A stretch of DNA of 64,000 nucleotides. It comes from a virus. Lineage: Duplodnaviria > Heunggongvirae > Uroviricota > Caudoviricetes. The DNA is taken from positions 1 to 64,000 of the IMG/VR virus record IMGVR_UViG_3300031992_000008; one strand, given 5' to 3'. The notes under the pieces were generated by a model. It worked only from the letters and a program-made list of their open reading frames with translations. It was not told the DNA's origin and did no database searches. This document shows, in pieces, positions 17,235-24,995 of the stretch (its first letter is position 1; each line of letters starts with the position of its first letter). Made by a program: the position numbers and the translations under genes.

Positions 17235-17264
17235 GAGAATCTCTAAAGATGGCTTAGAGAATCT
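17235..17264. repeat. 11-bp inverted repeat (GAGAATCTCTAA n7 TTAGAGAATCT), 1 mismatch
   Basis: Seen in sequence; 80 nt upstream of DUF1874 gene. Confidence 0.6.
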
Positions 17265-17345
17265 AGGGAATGCAAAACCACTTAACTGTGGCTTCTCGAA
17301 ACTGTGCTGGCCCAATGACCAGAAACCGTTACAAAGAGGTGTCCT

Positions 17346-17639
17346 ATGACAACAATTTGTAATGCCTTCAGCCTCCAGATGATGAAGGAATTCCCTGCGA
17401 CAATCACGATTGAAGAAATCGCTGAACCGTCCAAGGAAGAACTTTCGAAGATGGATTCGGCTGTTGGTCATGCTGACACTGCAGCTGTCCTTGGTGTGCC
17501 GTTCGTTCGCAAGAACGTTCAGCTCGAAAAAGGCGATGTTGTGGTTGTCGCTCAGCTTACTGGAGGCCGTCTCCCGGAAGGTTCTAGAACCCTACCGGAA
17601 GGCTTTGCCTTTAAGTGGCTGAAGGTGACCATCGGCTGA
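17346..17639 (+). CDS. DUF1874 (STIV B116-like) family protein
   Basis: MTTICNAFSLQM... and SAVGHADTAAVLG resemble the DUF1874 signature (..NS.L., SAIGHEsTA.LL); AGAGGTG SD. Confidence 0.5.
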   Translation: MTTICNAFSLQMMKEFPATITIEEIAEPSKEELSKMDSAVGHADTAAVLGVPFVRKNVQLEKGDVVVVAQLTGGRLPEGSRTLPEGFAFKWLKVTIG

Positions 17640-17688
17640 TAGCTGAAGAGCTACGCACGAATACAATGCCAATGTATAAACGTGCGAA

Positions 17689-17732
17689 TAAAAAAAAGGA
17701 TAGCAGCCTATGCTGCGTCCTTTTCTTTTTTC
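17689..17732. terminator. bidirectional terminator between convergent genes
   Basis: A8 run, hairpin aggatagcagc ctat gctgcgtcct, T-rich run. Confidence 0.5.
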
Positions 17733-18010
17733 CTAGCTTTAGATCTCCTGCAAGCTTCTAGATACTTAGCATATCTCACAGGATCCTTTTTCATAGCTTC
17801 ACGCTTCTTAGCATTACGCTCACGTTCTTTTTCCTTAAACAATGGATCAGTAGCCTTTCTATGGTCATATGATTTCTTTGATCTTACGGCATCTGGAGTT
17901 CTGCCTTTGCTCTTCCGTTTCTTTTTTACAGGAGCTGAAATGTATGCATTAATAAATGATAAAGAGGATTCTGTCAGTCGTGCTTTTGTATCCTTGTATA
18001 TGTCGCTCAT
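17708..18010 (-). CDS. small highly basic Lys/Arg-rich protein (100 aa), possible DNA-binding or internal virion protein
   Basis: AGGAAGG SD; KKKRKSKGR..KKREAMKK..RRSKARKKEK; immediately downstream of capsid-like gene. Confidence 0.6.
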   Translation of the reverse strand: MSDIYKDTKARLTESSLSFINAYISAPVKKKRKSKGRTPDAVRSKKSYDHRKATDPLFKEKERERNAKKREAMKKDPVRYAKYLEACRRSKARKKEKDAA

Positions 18011-18013
18011 AAT

Positions 18014-18050
18014 ACCTTCCTATAATAGTCTCATTCTTATATATTTTTTC
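18014..18050 (-). promoter_or_regulatory. early-like promoter box on minus strand (TATATAAGAATGAGACTATTATAGG)
   Basis: Resembles GTATATAATTTAATAGACT box; precedes SD of basic-protein gene. Confidence 0.35.
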
Positions 18051-18063
18051 TTTTTTATAAATA

Positions 18064-18109
18064 AAAAGAAAAAAAAAATAAATGGCCTAGACCGAAGTCT
18101 AGACCATTT
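18064..18109 (-). terminator. strong intrinsic terminator after capsid-like gene (12-bp stem, CGAA/TTCG tetraloop, T10 on minus strand)
   Basis: aaatggcctagac cgaa gtctagaccattt preceded by A13 on plus strand. Confidence 0.75.
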
Positions 18110-18125
18110 AAAGTCTTCACAACAA

Positions 18126-19964
18126 TTAGTGGATGAACGTTTCCGTAGGCAAGTACGGGCTCGTTCCAGCAAACGAATAGAAATTCGCGCTATTGTTGGT
18201 AATTGTCACACGACCAGCACCCGGAAGCACGTCAACGTAAGCGTAACGGCGAGAGGTGAGGATCGTCGGAACATAGGTATTGCGCGGGCTGTTGTAGCCA
18301 GAGCCAGCCTGTTCGAGCATGAAGCTATAGGTGTACAGCTTGTAAGTCATCTGATCCTGAACGGTCGGGATGAAGAGCACACGGATAGCACCCTGCGGGA
18401 TGTTCGGGGAGGACACAACCTTCCAGCTGTTGATGCCCTGATACTGACCGAAGGCAATGTTAGCATTCACGCCAGCATATTCGGACTGACCGTTACCCTG
18501 ATAGACCCAGTTGATTTCCGGCACGAGGGCGGCATCCAACGGGTTGCAAGCGGCAACGAAGTAACCCTGTTCATAATGGTACATGTTGATGATGCTCATA
18601 GAGAGATGGTCGAGCACCTTGCCAAGCATCTTGGGCCATTCAGCCGGGTTCAGCTGGTAGTTACCAACGGGCTTAGCAGAGAATGCACGAACGAAGTCAC
18701 CATTCGGAGCCTGTTCGATAGCATCATCGATAACTTCATCCATGAAGTTCACACCATCCAAGTCCATCTTCTGAGCGAGGAAGCTAGAGAGGATTTCGAC
18801 GAGCTTGGAGACACCATTCAGAGTGAACATACGGAGCAAATCCGTGATGTATTCATTCGGAACCGGAGCTTCAAGGTGTTCGCCAGTACCGATGTGGATT
18901 TCCTTATCGCGGATATCGAAGCCAACCTGAAGCGTGCTGTTGTTCATAACAGAGGACACGAAGGCCTTGATCATCACGAAATTGAGCTTGTCGCCCTGAT
19001 CCATGAGAGTGAGACGACCAGTCTTCACGTCAACGTCACCGTAGACGGAGTCAGTGAGGGTCACAATCACAGTACCAGCTTCGCCACCAACGCAAGTGGC
19101 ATCAACTTCGACATCGAGCGAGATCACACCCTTGATGCCACCACGACGAGTACCGCATTCGATCTTGCAGTTCTTGACGAGGTCATTGGCAGTGAGGGCT
19201 TCACCATTGAGGGTGAGTTCGGTAGCAAGTTCAGTAGCAACGCCATTGTAGAACACGGTGTCGCCAGCGGCAGGAGCCTTGAACTGAGCGCAAATGATAG
19301 AAACATTCACGTCAACTTCATCGTTGTCCTTAACCATGGCAAGAGCGTCAGAATACTTCTGAGTGACAGTGCCATAGGTGGTCGTGGTCTTGTCATTACC
19401 GTATTCGTCCACATCCTTACCAGTGAGGAGGTTCATGGAGAAGCAACGGTTCGTGAACTTGAACTTCACATCTTCAGCAAGGCGAACCTTAGAGACAGCG
19501 GTATCGATGTCCATGAGGTTTTCAGGCACATAGTGCTTGTTGCCCTGCAAGTCCTTGAGCCAAGGATGGAGGTAGTTGATGGTGAACTTCGGCTTTTCGA
19601 CAGCTTCGGTCGGGAGAGCCTTGTTCATAGCGGTACGAGCCCAGCTCTTACGGAGCATCGGGGTCTGAAGGAAGGACATCGGAGAAACAGTACCGAGAGC
19701 AGCTTCTTCAAGAGCTTCAAGGCGAGAGGCTTCAGCGATGGTCTTGAACTGCTCGGCTTCTTCGTCATTAAGACCCTGAGCGAGCATTTCAGTATAACGA
19801 CCAAAGAGGGAGTTGTCGGACATCACATCTTTAAAGTCGTCGGCGTTGAACACGTTGATGTTGCTAGCGGAGAATTCTTCAGCCACTTCACGAAGAGTAG
19901 AGGTAAAGGAATCACTCACAGCAGACACCTTCGAGGACGGTTGCATGTAAGAAATGTTAGACAT
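18126..19964 (-). CDS. major capsid-like structural protein (612 aa); function tentative (alternative: nuclear-shell-like protein)
   Basis: Strongest codon/GC bias in window; AAGGAAG SD; followed by 12-bp-stem CGAA-tetraloop terminator; Ala/Glu-rich N-terminal segment resembling a cleavable propeptide. Confidence 0.6.
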   Translation of the reverse strand: MSNISYMQPSSKVSAVSDSFTSTLREVAEEFSASNINVFNADDFKDVMSDNSLFGRYTEMLAQGLNDEEAEQFKTIAEASRLEALEEAALGTVSPMSFLQTPMLRKSWARTAMNKALPTEAVEKPKFTINYLHPWLKDLQGNKHYVPENLMDIDTAVSKVRLAEDVKFKFTNRCFSMNLLTGKDVDEYGNDKTTTTYGTVTQKYSDALAMVKDNDEVDVNVSIICAQFKAPAAGDTVFYNGVATELATELTLNGEALTANDLVKNCKIECGTRRGGIKGVISLDVEVDATCVGGEAGTVIVTLTDSVYGDVDVKTGRLTLMDQGDKLNFVMIKAFVSSVMNNSTLQVGFDIRDKEIHIGTGEHLEAPVPNEYITDLLRMFTLNGVSKLVEILSSFLAQKMDLDGVNFMDEVIDDAIEQAPNGDFVRAFSAKPVGNYQLNPAEWPKMLGKVLDHLSMSIINMYHYEQGYFVAACNPLDAALVPEINWVYQGNGQSEYAGVNANIAFGQYQGINSWKVVSSPNIPQGAIRVLFIPTVQDQMTYKLYTYSFMLEQAGSGYNSPRNTYVPTILTSRRYAYVDVLPGAGRVTITNNSANFYSFAGTSPYLPTETFIH

Positions 19965-20045
19965 TGTTTGTCTTCCTTATTTTTAGGTGAAACAGAGCCA
20001 AAACATAAAGTTATCTTGACTCAGAAACGAAAAAACCTATTTATA

Positions 20046-20057
20046 CTAGGATCCTAG
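20046..20057. repeat. perfect 12-bp palindrome CTAGGATCCTAG in divergent promoter region
   Basis: Between capsid-like (minus) and rusA (plus). Confidence 0.6.
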
Positions 20058-20197
20058 GTATTTTCTCAATGTATAGTTAGATGGAGTTAAAATTTTTGAG
20101 TGAAAATTGTAAGTTTTTTGCGTATCTAGATGTTGAACGAACAAAGATTGATTTATCAAATGAACTTTTTATAAATACAATATCAAAGGAGTCTATC

Positions 20198-20725
20198 ATG
20201 GCAGAATGCAAAGCTGAAGTTAAGCTGAGTAAGAAAGAACAAAAAGCTCAGGCTGAATATGAGAAGCTTGTAGAAGCAGAAAAGAAAAAGGTCACTAAAG
20301 TTCTACATATTACTATTATGGGAGAACCTAAAGCTTGGAAGCGTGAGAGAGCAAGACTTGGCAAGGGAAGAACTTTCGTTGCCATGTATGACCCTAACAC
20401 TTCCATAAAGAAGGTTATCCAAGACTATATTATTGACGAGATGGCTGAACAAGGCATTTCTAAAATAATGGAAGCTCCGGTATACTTAAGAGTGGAAAGT
20501 TATAAGAAGATTCCCAAATCTCTTAGTGCAGCTAAAGCAAGGCTGTATGAAGAAAAATGGCTTCTTCCTGCGTCTAAACCGGACGTTGATAACTATTCAA
20601 AGCTCTTCATGGATGCCGCAAACAGTATTCTATGGGATGATGACAAACAGGTAGCCCATCTTGAGGCTTGGAAGTATTTGTCAATCAACCCTAGATTGGA
20701 GATCTTTGTTGAATTCAAGGAGTAA
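20198..20725 (+). CDS. rusA: RusA-family Holliday junction resolvase with Lys-rich N-terminal extension
   Basis: KPDVDNYSKLFMDAANSILWDDDKQV matches the RusA catalytic Asp motif (D.DN..K...D.L..DD); AAGGAG SD at internal ATG 20198. Confidence 0.65.
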   Translation: MAECKAEVKLSKKEQKAQAEYEKLVEAEKKKVTKVLHITIMGEPKAWKRERARLGKGRTFVAMYDPNTSIKKVIQDYIIDEMAEQGISKIMEAPVYLRVESYKKIPKSLSAAKARLYEEKWLLPASKPDVDNYSKLFMDAANSILWDDDKQVAHLEAWKYLSINPRLEIFVEFKE

Positions 20726-20727
20726 CA

Positions 20728-21927
20728 ATGAACTTAGCCGTTACAGGGGTAAATAATTATCGTTCAAGAGTGAACGATGAGCTCGGAATGAGCGCAGTTA
20801 TGGCTTCACTAAATGAACTTTGGGCAGCAAGACAAGATAATATTTCCGCTGCAATGGAAGGATTAAACCGTGCTTTTAATTTCTGTATCAGTAGGTGCAA
20901 TGGCGAATTCGATAGCAGCTGGCTATTTAAAGTGTCAGCGCTCATCGATAATCTAAGCTTCGCTATAAAAGAAAAAATGAAGCAAGGTTATACAATCAAG
21001 AAAAAGCTCTTAAAGAGATTTTTCATGTCTTGTCTATATGCTGATGAAAGCATAACTGCTATGATTCTAGAAGACGAAAAGAAATTCTCTAAGCTGATGT
21101 CTCACTTTAACTCCAGAGCATTATATAATTCTACTGGAGTTGAAAAGGTAAGAAAGGCAAACGAGACATTCGGCGTAGTAGATACTGAGATAGATCCTGA
21201 TTGCACTTATACAACAATGATGCTAAATTCCATTACTAGAAACAGTGTTGAAACTATGGATGAAGCTGATATTGCAGGATGGGTGTCGGAACTAAAGTAT
21301 TACGATAATGTTGATGATATGGAAGAGGATCTTAGGGTAGAAAGAGAAAAACCTACCGGATCTGTTATCTCCCTAAGGATTCCAAATACTGATCATGGAA
21401 TCATGGTATCTATGACTGAAGTTCAAACTATGGAAGATCCATGTTTGATCAGTCCAGATGTTCTATGGGGTGTCCTGTATCTACTTGATGATTATGCTGC
21501 ACAAAACAAGGATCCGAATTTCGACGGAGTCTTCATAGACAGACTTAAAGATTTCTATCTTGAAGTCGAAAAATGCAAGACCGAGCGAGAAAAGATCACT
21601 TGCTATCTTAATGGTTGTAAAGATTATTCTAACGATCTTGAAGACGCAGCAGAAATCATGACTAAATATAATATTCCCAAGGTAATATCGTCATGGGCTA
21701 TTGACGAGTACCCTGAGAGTGTGAAGTTAGTCGGTGGAATGTTGTCTTCCGGTGAACACATTATCTTTGAACAAGCTCTGATTCCAGAATCGGAAGAGAC
21801 GATGTTTATTGAGACAGCGGACTATGATGCCTTTGTAGGCATTGTACAAAGCATCAATTCATCTTATGAACGCTTGAAGTTCTACTACGATGAATTCGAG
21901 TCTCGCAAACAAGACAAAAAAGAATAA
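20728..21927 (+). CDS. hypothetical protein (399 aa)
   Basis: AAGGAG SD; followed by bidirectional terminator. Confidence 0.65.
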   Translation: MNLAVTGVNNYRSRVNDELGMSAVMASLNELWAARQDNISAAMEGLNRAFNFCISRCNGEFDSSWLFKVSALIDNLSFAIKEKMKQGYTIKKKLLKRFFMSCLYADESITAMILEDEKKFSKLMSHFNSRALYNSTGVEKVRKANETFGVVDTEIDPDCTYTTMMLNSITRNSVETMDEADIAGWVSELKYYDNVDDMEEDLRVEREKPTGSVISLRIPNTDHGIMVSMTEVQTMEDPCLISPDVLWGVLYLLDDYAAQNKDPNFDGVFIDRLKDFYLEVEKCKTEREKITCYLNGCKDYSNDLEDAAEIMTKYNIPKVISSWAIDEYPESVKLVGGMLSSGEHIIFEQALIPESEETMFIETADYDAFVGIVQSINSSYERLKFYYDEFESRKQDKKE

Positions 21928-21958
21928 ATAAACATAGGCTTTAAGCCTATGTTTTTAT
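21928..21958. terminator. bidirectional terminator
   Basis: acataggct tta agcctatgt flanked by A-run and T-run. Confidence 0.65.
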
Positions 21959-22512
21959 TTTTTGTCTTTCATTAATTCATACAGCATCGCATTATTAATT
22001 AACATCTTCGACGCAGTATACAAGTCAAATCTTCTACACAGCTCAACCATTGCTATGAATCCACTGTAAGGTACGAAAGCTGCTACGTCTGCAGTGAAGT
22101 ACAAATACACGCCTGGTTCAGATGTCTTCGCCTCTGTATTGTTGTCAACGAATGGCACAAATAACAGAGACCTACCGTTACACAAGTCTTCTATCTTGAA
22201 GCCATTCTCATATCCTTTCTTGACATAATAACAGCCATTTTCTATATAGAACGATTCACCAATAAATTCTTCACATTCCTTCATTCCAGCCTTGAATGTT
22301 TCCATACACAGATATGAAGCAGTTGCAGAATAATAAGATCCGCCGTCTCTATAAGAAATCGTAAGATAATCACTGGACAACATCCTTAAAGACTTTGAAC
22401 CGTCATTTCTACTAAATTCCTTGAATGTATCTTCATCGTTCCTGACTAACAGAGAAATCCTTACACCTGAGTTTGGGATAATAAGAATAGTCTCTTCTAT
22501 GGTATCGTACAT
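21955..22512 (-). CDS. hypothetical protein (185 aa)
   Basis: AAGGAG SD. Confidence 0.65.
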   Translation of the reverse strand: MYDTIEETILIIPNSGVRISLLVRNDEDTFKEFSRNDGSKSLRMLSSDYLTISYRDGGSYYSATASYLCMETFKAGMKECEEFIGESFYIENGCYYVKKGYENGFKIEDLCNGRSLLFVPFVDNNTEAKTSEPGVYLYFTADVAAFVPYSGFIAMVELCRRFDLYTASKMLINNAMLYELMKDKK

Positions 22513-22553
22513 AAAAATACTCCTTGTTGGTCTTCAACAAGGAGTTCAGTGCA

Positions 22554-22979
22554 TTAAGGAATTGGTTTGTTTCTTAGTTGGCTAATTTTATGCTTATTGA
22601 TTTCTATCACAGCGTGCTGAATCACGTTGTATTCGCCAGTTACATACGAAACAAGGTTCTCCATATCGCCTAAATAAATATAAAGAATTTGCCTGTACGT
22701 TGGAGATACTTCAGCGATAGTAGACGTTACTAACCTAGCGATGTCCATCATGCTCTTATCAGAGCTAACGATGTCAGCTTGGTCACTGTTTTTAGCGATA
22801 GCCGATGTAATAGCTATGTAATGTTTGACTTTCTTCTGGATGATCTCAAGGAGTAGTGCAAAATCACGTTCCTTGTTCAGACCATACTTCAGGAGGTACG
22901 CACTCCTCAGTCTTGCCATCGCTTTCTCTTCTTTCTTCTTCCTTCTCTTGGCAAAGAAATTCTTTATCCACTTGATCAT
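22554..22979 (-). CDS. hypothetical protein (141 aa); start uncertain
   Basis: GGAG SD before ATG 22979; overlaps 3' end of upstream gene by about 116 nt (alternative start 22919). Confidence 0.5.
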   Translation of the reverse strand: MIKWIKNFFAKRRKKKEEKAMARLRSAYLLKYGLNKERDFALLLEIIQKKVKHYIAITSAIAKNSDQADIVSSDKSMMDIARLVTSTIAEVSPTYRQILYIYLGDMENLVSYVTGEYNVIQHAVIEINKHKISQLRNKPIP

Positions 22980-23667
22980 GTTTTTCTCCGTTTTGGTTAG
23001 TAATTTGTATGATCCGTTCTACCTGTCTGGGCATAATTCTAAGTTTCCTGATATTAGAATTATTCAGGCTCTCGGATGCAGAAGCCTTGACTAAGAACTT
23101 CAATCTCTCAATGTCATCCTTCGTCATTACATAGGCGAATTTCTTTACGAAGTTCTGCCAGTTTCCGGTAACATTCTTCAGGGAGAGTGTGATAGCCCCA
23201 CTATGGGCTAGTTCATGAGCTGTCAGTGATAGCGGAATTAATCCTACATTTCCCAAGAAATGCTCAAGTACTACTCTGGAGACAATGGTAAAACTAGATA
23301 CGTCTTCATTGTTAGCCAAAGCATCATCAAGGATTATCCTAGTAATGTCAAATAAAGAAAACGGGAAGTGATGAATTTCGATTCTGCAATCCTCTCTGGT
23401 TACACCAGCGAAGATTGCGCAATCATTCATCTCTGCATTTTCTTTTAGGAACGAGAGGTAATCACGAAGTTCCATAGAAGCCCTAACGAGCTTCTCTAGA
23501 TACTTCACGTACTTGGCTTTGGCTTTATGGTCTTCTTGAAGATAAGCGAGGTTTTCAAATTTACCGTAACCGTCAAACTTGTCAGTATCTTTAAACGTAA
23601 CTTTAGTAGATAAAGTATTATCTGACTCTGTTTGAGTAGGCGGTTCTATATCCTTTGGCAATTGCAT
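22864..23667 (-). CDS. putative zinc-metallopeptidase-like protein (HEXXH: TAHELAHSG), paralogue A
   Basis: GAGAAGGAAG SD before ATG 23667 (track start 23694 is TTG); HEXXH motif; paralogue of 23829..24545. Confidence 0.6.
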   Translation of the reverse strand: MQLPKDIEPPTQTESDNTLSTKVTFKDTDKFDGYGKFENLAYLQEDHKAKAKYVKYLEKLVRASMELRDYLSFLKENAEMNDCAIFAGVTREDCRIEIHHFPFSLFDITRIILDDALANNEDVSSFTIVSRVVLEHFLGNVGLIPLSLTAHELAHSGAITLSLKNVTGNWQNFVKKFAYVMTKDDIERLKFLVKASASESLNNSNIRKLRIMPRQVERIIQITNQNGEKHDQVDKEFLCQEKEEERRESDGKTEECVPPEVWSEQGT

Positions 23668-23863
23668 AAGCTTCCTTCTCTGTTGGATTTTCAATGATTA
23701 ATGTTCTAGTATCACGATCAATTCTTATATTATATCTAGCGACAAGTTTAATTATATAATCTGATATCAGATTGCCTCTGAGCATATGGCATAACTCAAC
23801 ACGGTCTCTAACTTCTATTTCTTCTGAATCAATCGATGGAGGTGGTATTACTATCGACTGCAT
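23618..23863 (-). CDS. small overlapping ORF (81 aa), doubtful
   Basis: ATG with AGGTAGG SD, but overlaps both paralogue genes. Confidence 0.25.
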   Translation of the reverse strand: MQSIVIPPPSIDSEEIEVRDRVELCHMLRGNLISDYIIKLVARYNIRIDRDTRTLIIENPTEKEAYAIAKGYRTAYSNRVR

Positions 23864-24545
23864 TATAACCTACCTGTGGGATTTCTGATGGTGAATATAC
23901 TGGCTGTTTCTTGACAGTCAGGAAATTCTTATCCTTATTTAATATATAGCCTTTCTTCGTCATATCTATAAGCTTCGAGAAGCTGGCTACAGTTTCAGGT
24001 TCAAGGTCTTCCTTATACTCCTTAAAAAATTCTAAGAAATGCCCACAGACACTTGATAGCGGAATGAAAACCTTTCCACTGTGTCTAAGCTGGTGTACAG
24101 TCTTCGACAGTACTGTAAATCCTACCTTTAAGTCAAAGTGTAGCTTCATTACTACATCGGCTACCATAAATGTATTGAAGGGTATGTGCTCCCTAATAAA
24201 TCTACTAGTGACTGCCGAGCAGATTTCATATAGAGTAAACGGATAGTGGTCTACTTCTAGGGTAGCATCTTCACTAGATACCATTCCAAGAACATTGCAG
24301 GTTTGAATTCCAGTTCCACCAAATTCATTATGCACTTTATAAATAAAGGTCTTGTACTCATCAGACTGTCTAACCATCTTTTCACATGCTTTAATAAAGG
24401 CATTGTACTCTCTGGAATCCAAAATTTTTTCTCTTTTAAATACCTCTTTAAAATAATCTCCAGAGACAGCCCCATCCTTATGGGTTACATTAATCTGGTT
24501 TTCTACTTTAATATTTGCCGAAACGATTTCTTCAATGGGATCCAT
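23829..24545 (-). CDS. paralogue B of HEXXH protein, motif degenerated to HQLRH
   Basis: AAAGGAG SD before ATG 24545; shares (E/D)(I/V)(H/D)H(F/Y)PF(S/T)L(F/Y)(D/E)I and H.L.HSG blocks with 22864..23667. Confidence 0.6.
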   Translation of the reverse strand: MDPIEEIVSANIKVENQINVTHKDGAVSGDYFKEVFKREKILDSREYNAFIKACEKMVRQSDEYKTFIYKVHNEFGGTGIQTCNVLGMVSSEDATLEVDHYPFTLYEICSAVTSRFIREHIPFNTFMVADVVMKLHFDLKVGFTVLSKTVHQLRHSGKVFIPLSSVCGHFLEFFKEYKEDLEPETVASFSKLIDMTKKGYILNKDKNFLTVKKQPVYSPSEIPQVGYNAVDSNTTSID

Positions 24546-24570
24546 AATATCTCCTTTCAAGATATAGTTC

Positions 24571-24602
24571 GAAAAAAGAAATGGCTCTATATAGAGCCAT
24601 TC
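24571..24602 (-). terminator. intrinsic terminator (minus strand)
   Basis: 11-bp palindromic stem aaatggctctat/atagagccatt with T-run on minus strand. Confidence 0.6.
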
Positions 24603-24608
24603 CTAAAA

Positions 24609-24779
24609 TTACATTGGAACCGTGATAGTCTCGCTATTACCGATTTTCTCACCATTAAGCTCAAGGCTTATAGTAAATTCCGTATACGACTTGTCACCAT
24701 CGTATCCAATGCTATCGTTGGAGTTTATTTTAATTGTTAGATTTTCTTTTAGGAAAGCTATAAGTTCTTCCTTACTCAT
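24609..24779 (-). CDS. small protein (56 aa)
   Basis: AGAGAGG SD before ATG 24779 (track start 24848 is TTG); followed on minus strand by terminator 24571-24602. Confidence 0.4.
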   Translation of the reverse strand: MSKEELIAFLKENLTIKINSNDSIGYDGDKSYTEFTISLELNGEKIGNSETITVPM

Positions 24780-24899
24780 CCTAGCCTCTCTTACCAATGG
24801 GAGGATCTGGGAGGCTTCCCCACGGAAGTCTTCCAAAGCTGTTGTCAATTAATCGAGCCATTTTTTTCATTTTTGTATTCCTTTGTTATGCCTACAACA

Positions 24900-24925
24900 T
24901 TATAGACACTATTTAATATGTGACC
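24900..24925 (-). promoter_or_regulatory. early-class promoter box on minus strand (plus-strand ACACTATTTAATAT = reverse complement of ATATTAAATAGTGT)
   Basis: Matches GGTATATTAAATAGAG box; drives minus-strand genes from 24779. Confidence 0.5.
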
Positions 24926-24956
24926 AACGTTTTCAAAAATACATTTTGCAATAGAC

Positions 24957-24976
24957 CTAACTAAAGAATGACAACC
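24957..24976 (+). promoter_or_regulatory. class-2 leader element (CTAACTAAAGAATGACAACC)
   Basis: Variant of GAACTTCATAATGAA found at 45891, 51027, 59318. Confidence 0.35.
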
Positions 24977-24995
24977 ACATACAATGGAGTAAAAC

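Noticed and set aside
17682-20057. 791-aa plus-strand ORF opposite the capsid-like gene, and other long antisense frames (15791..16558, 16149..16694, 15493..15969)
   Set aside because: Same shadow-ORF effect of strongly biased codon usage. The sense genes have SDs, terminators and recognisable homology (flotillin).
22554-22979. Treating 22554..22979 as an artefact because it overlaps 22864..23667 by about 116 nt
   Set aside because: It is kept because ATG 22979 has a well-placed GGAG SD and the protein reads plausibly. The start remains uncertain (alternative 22919).
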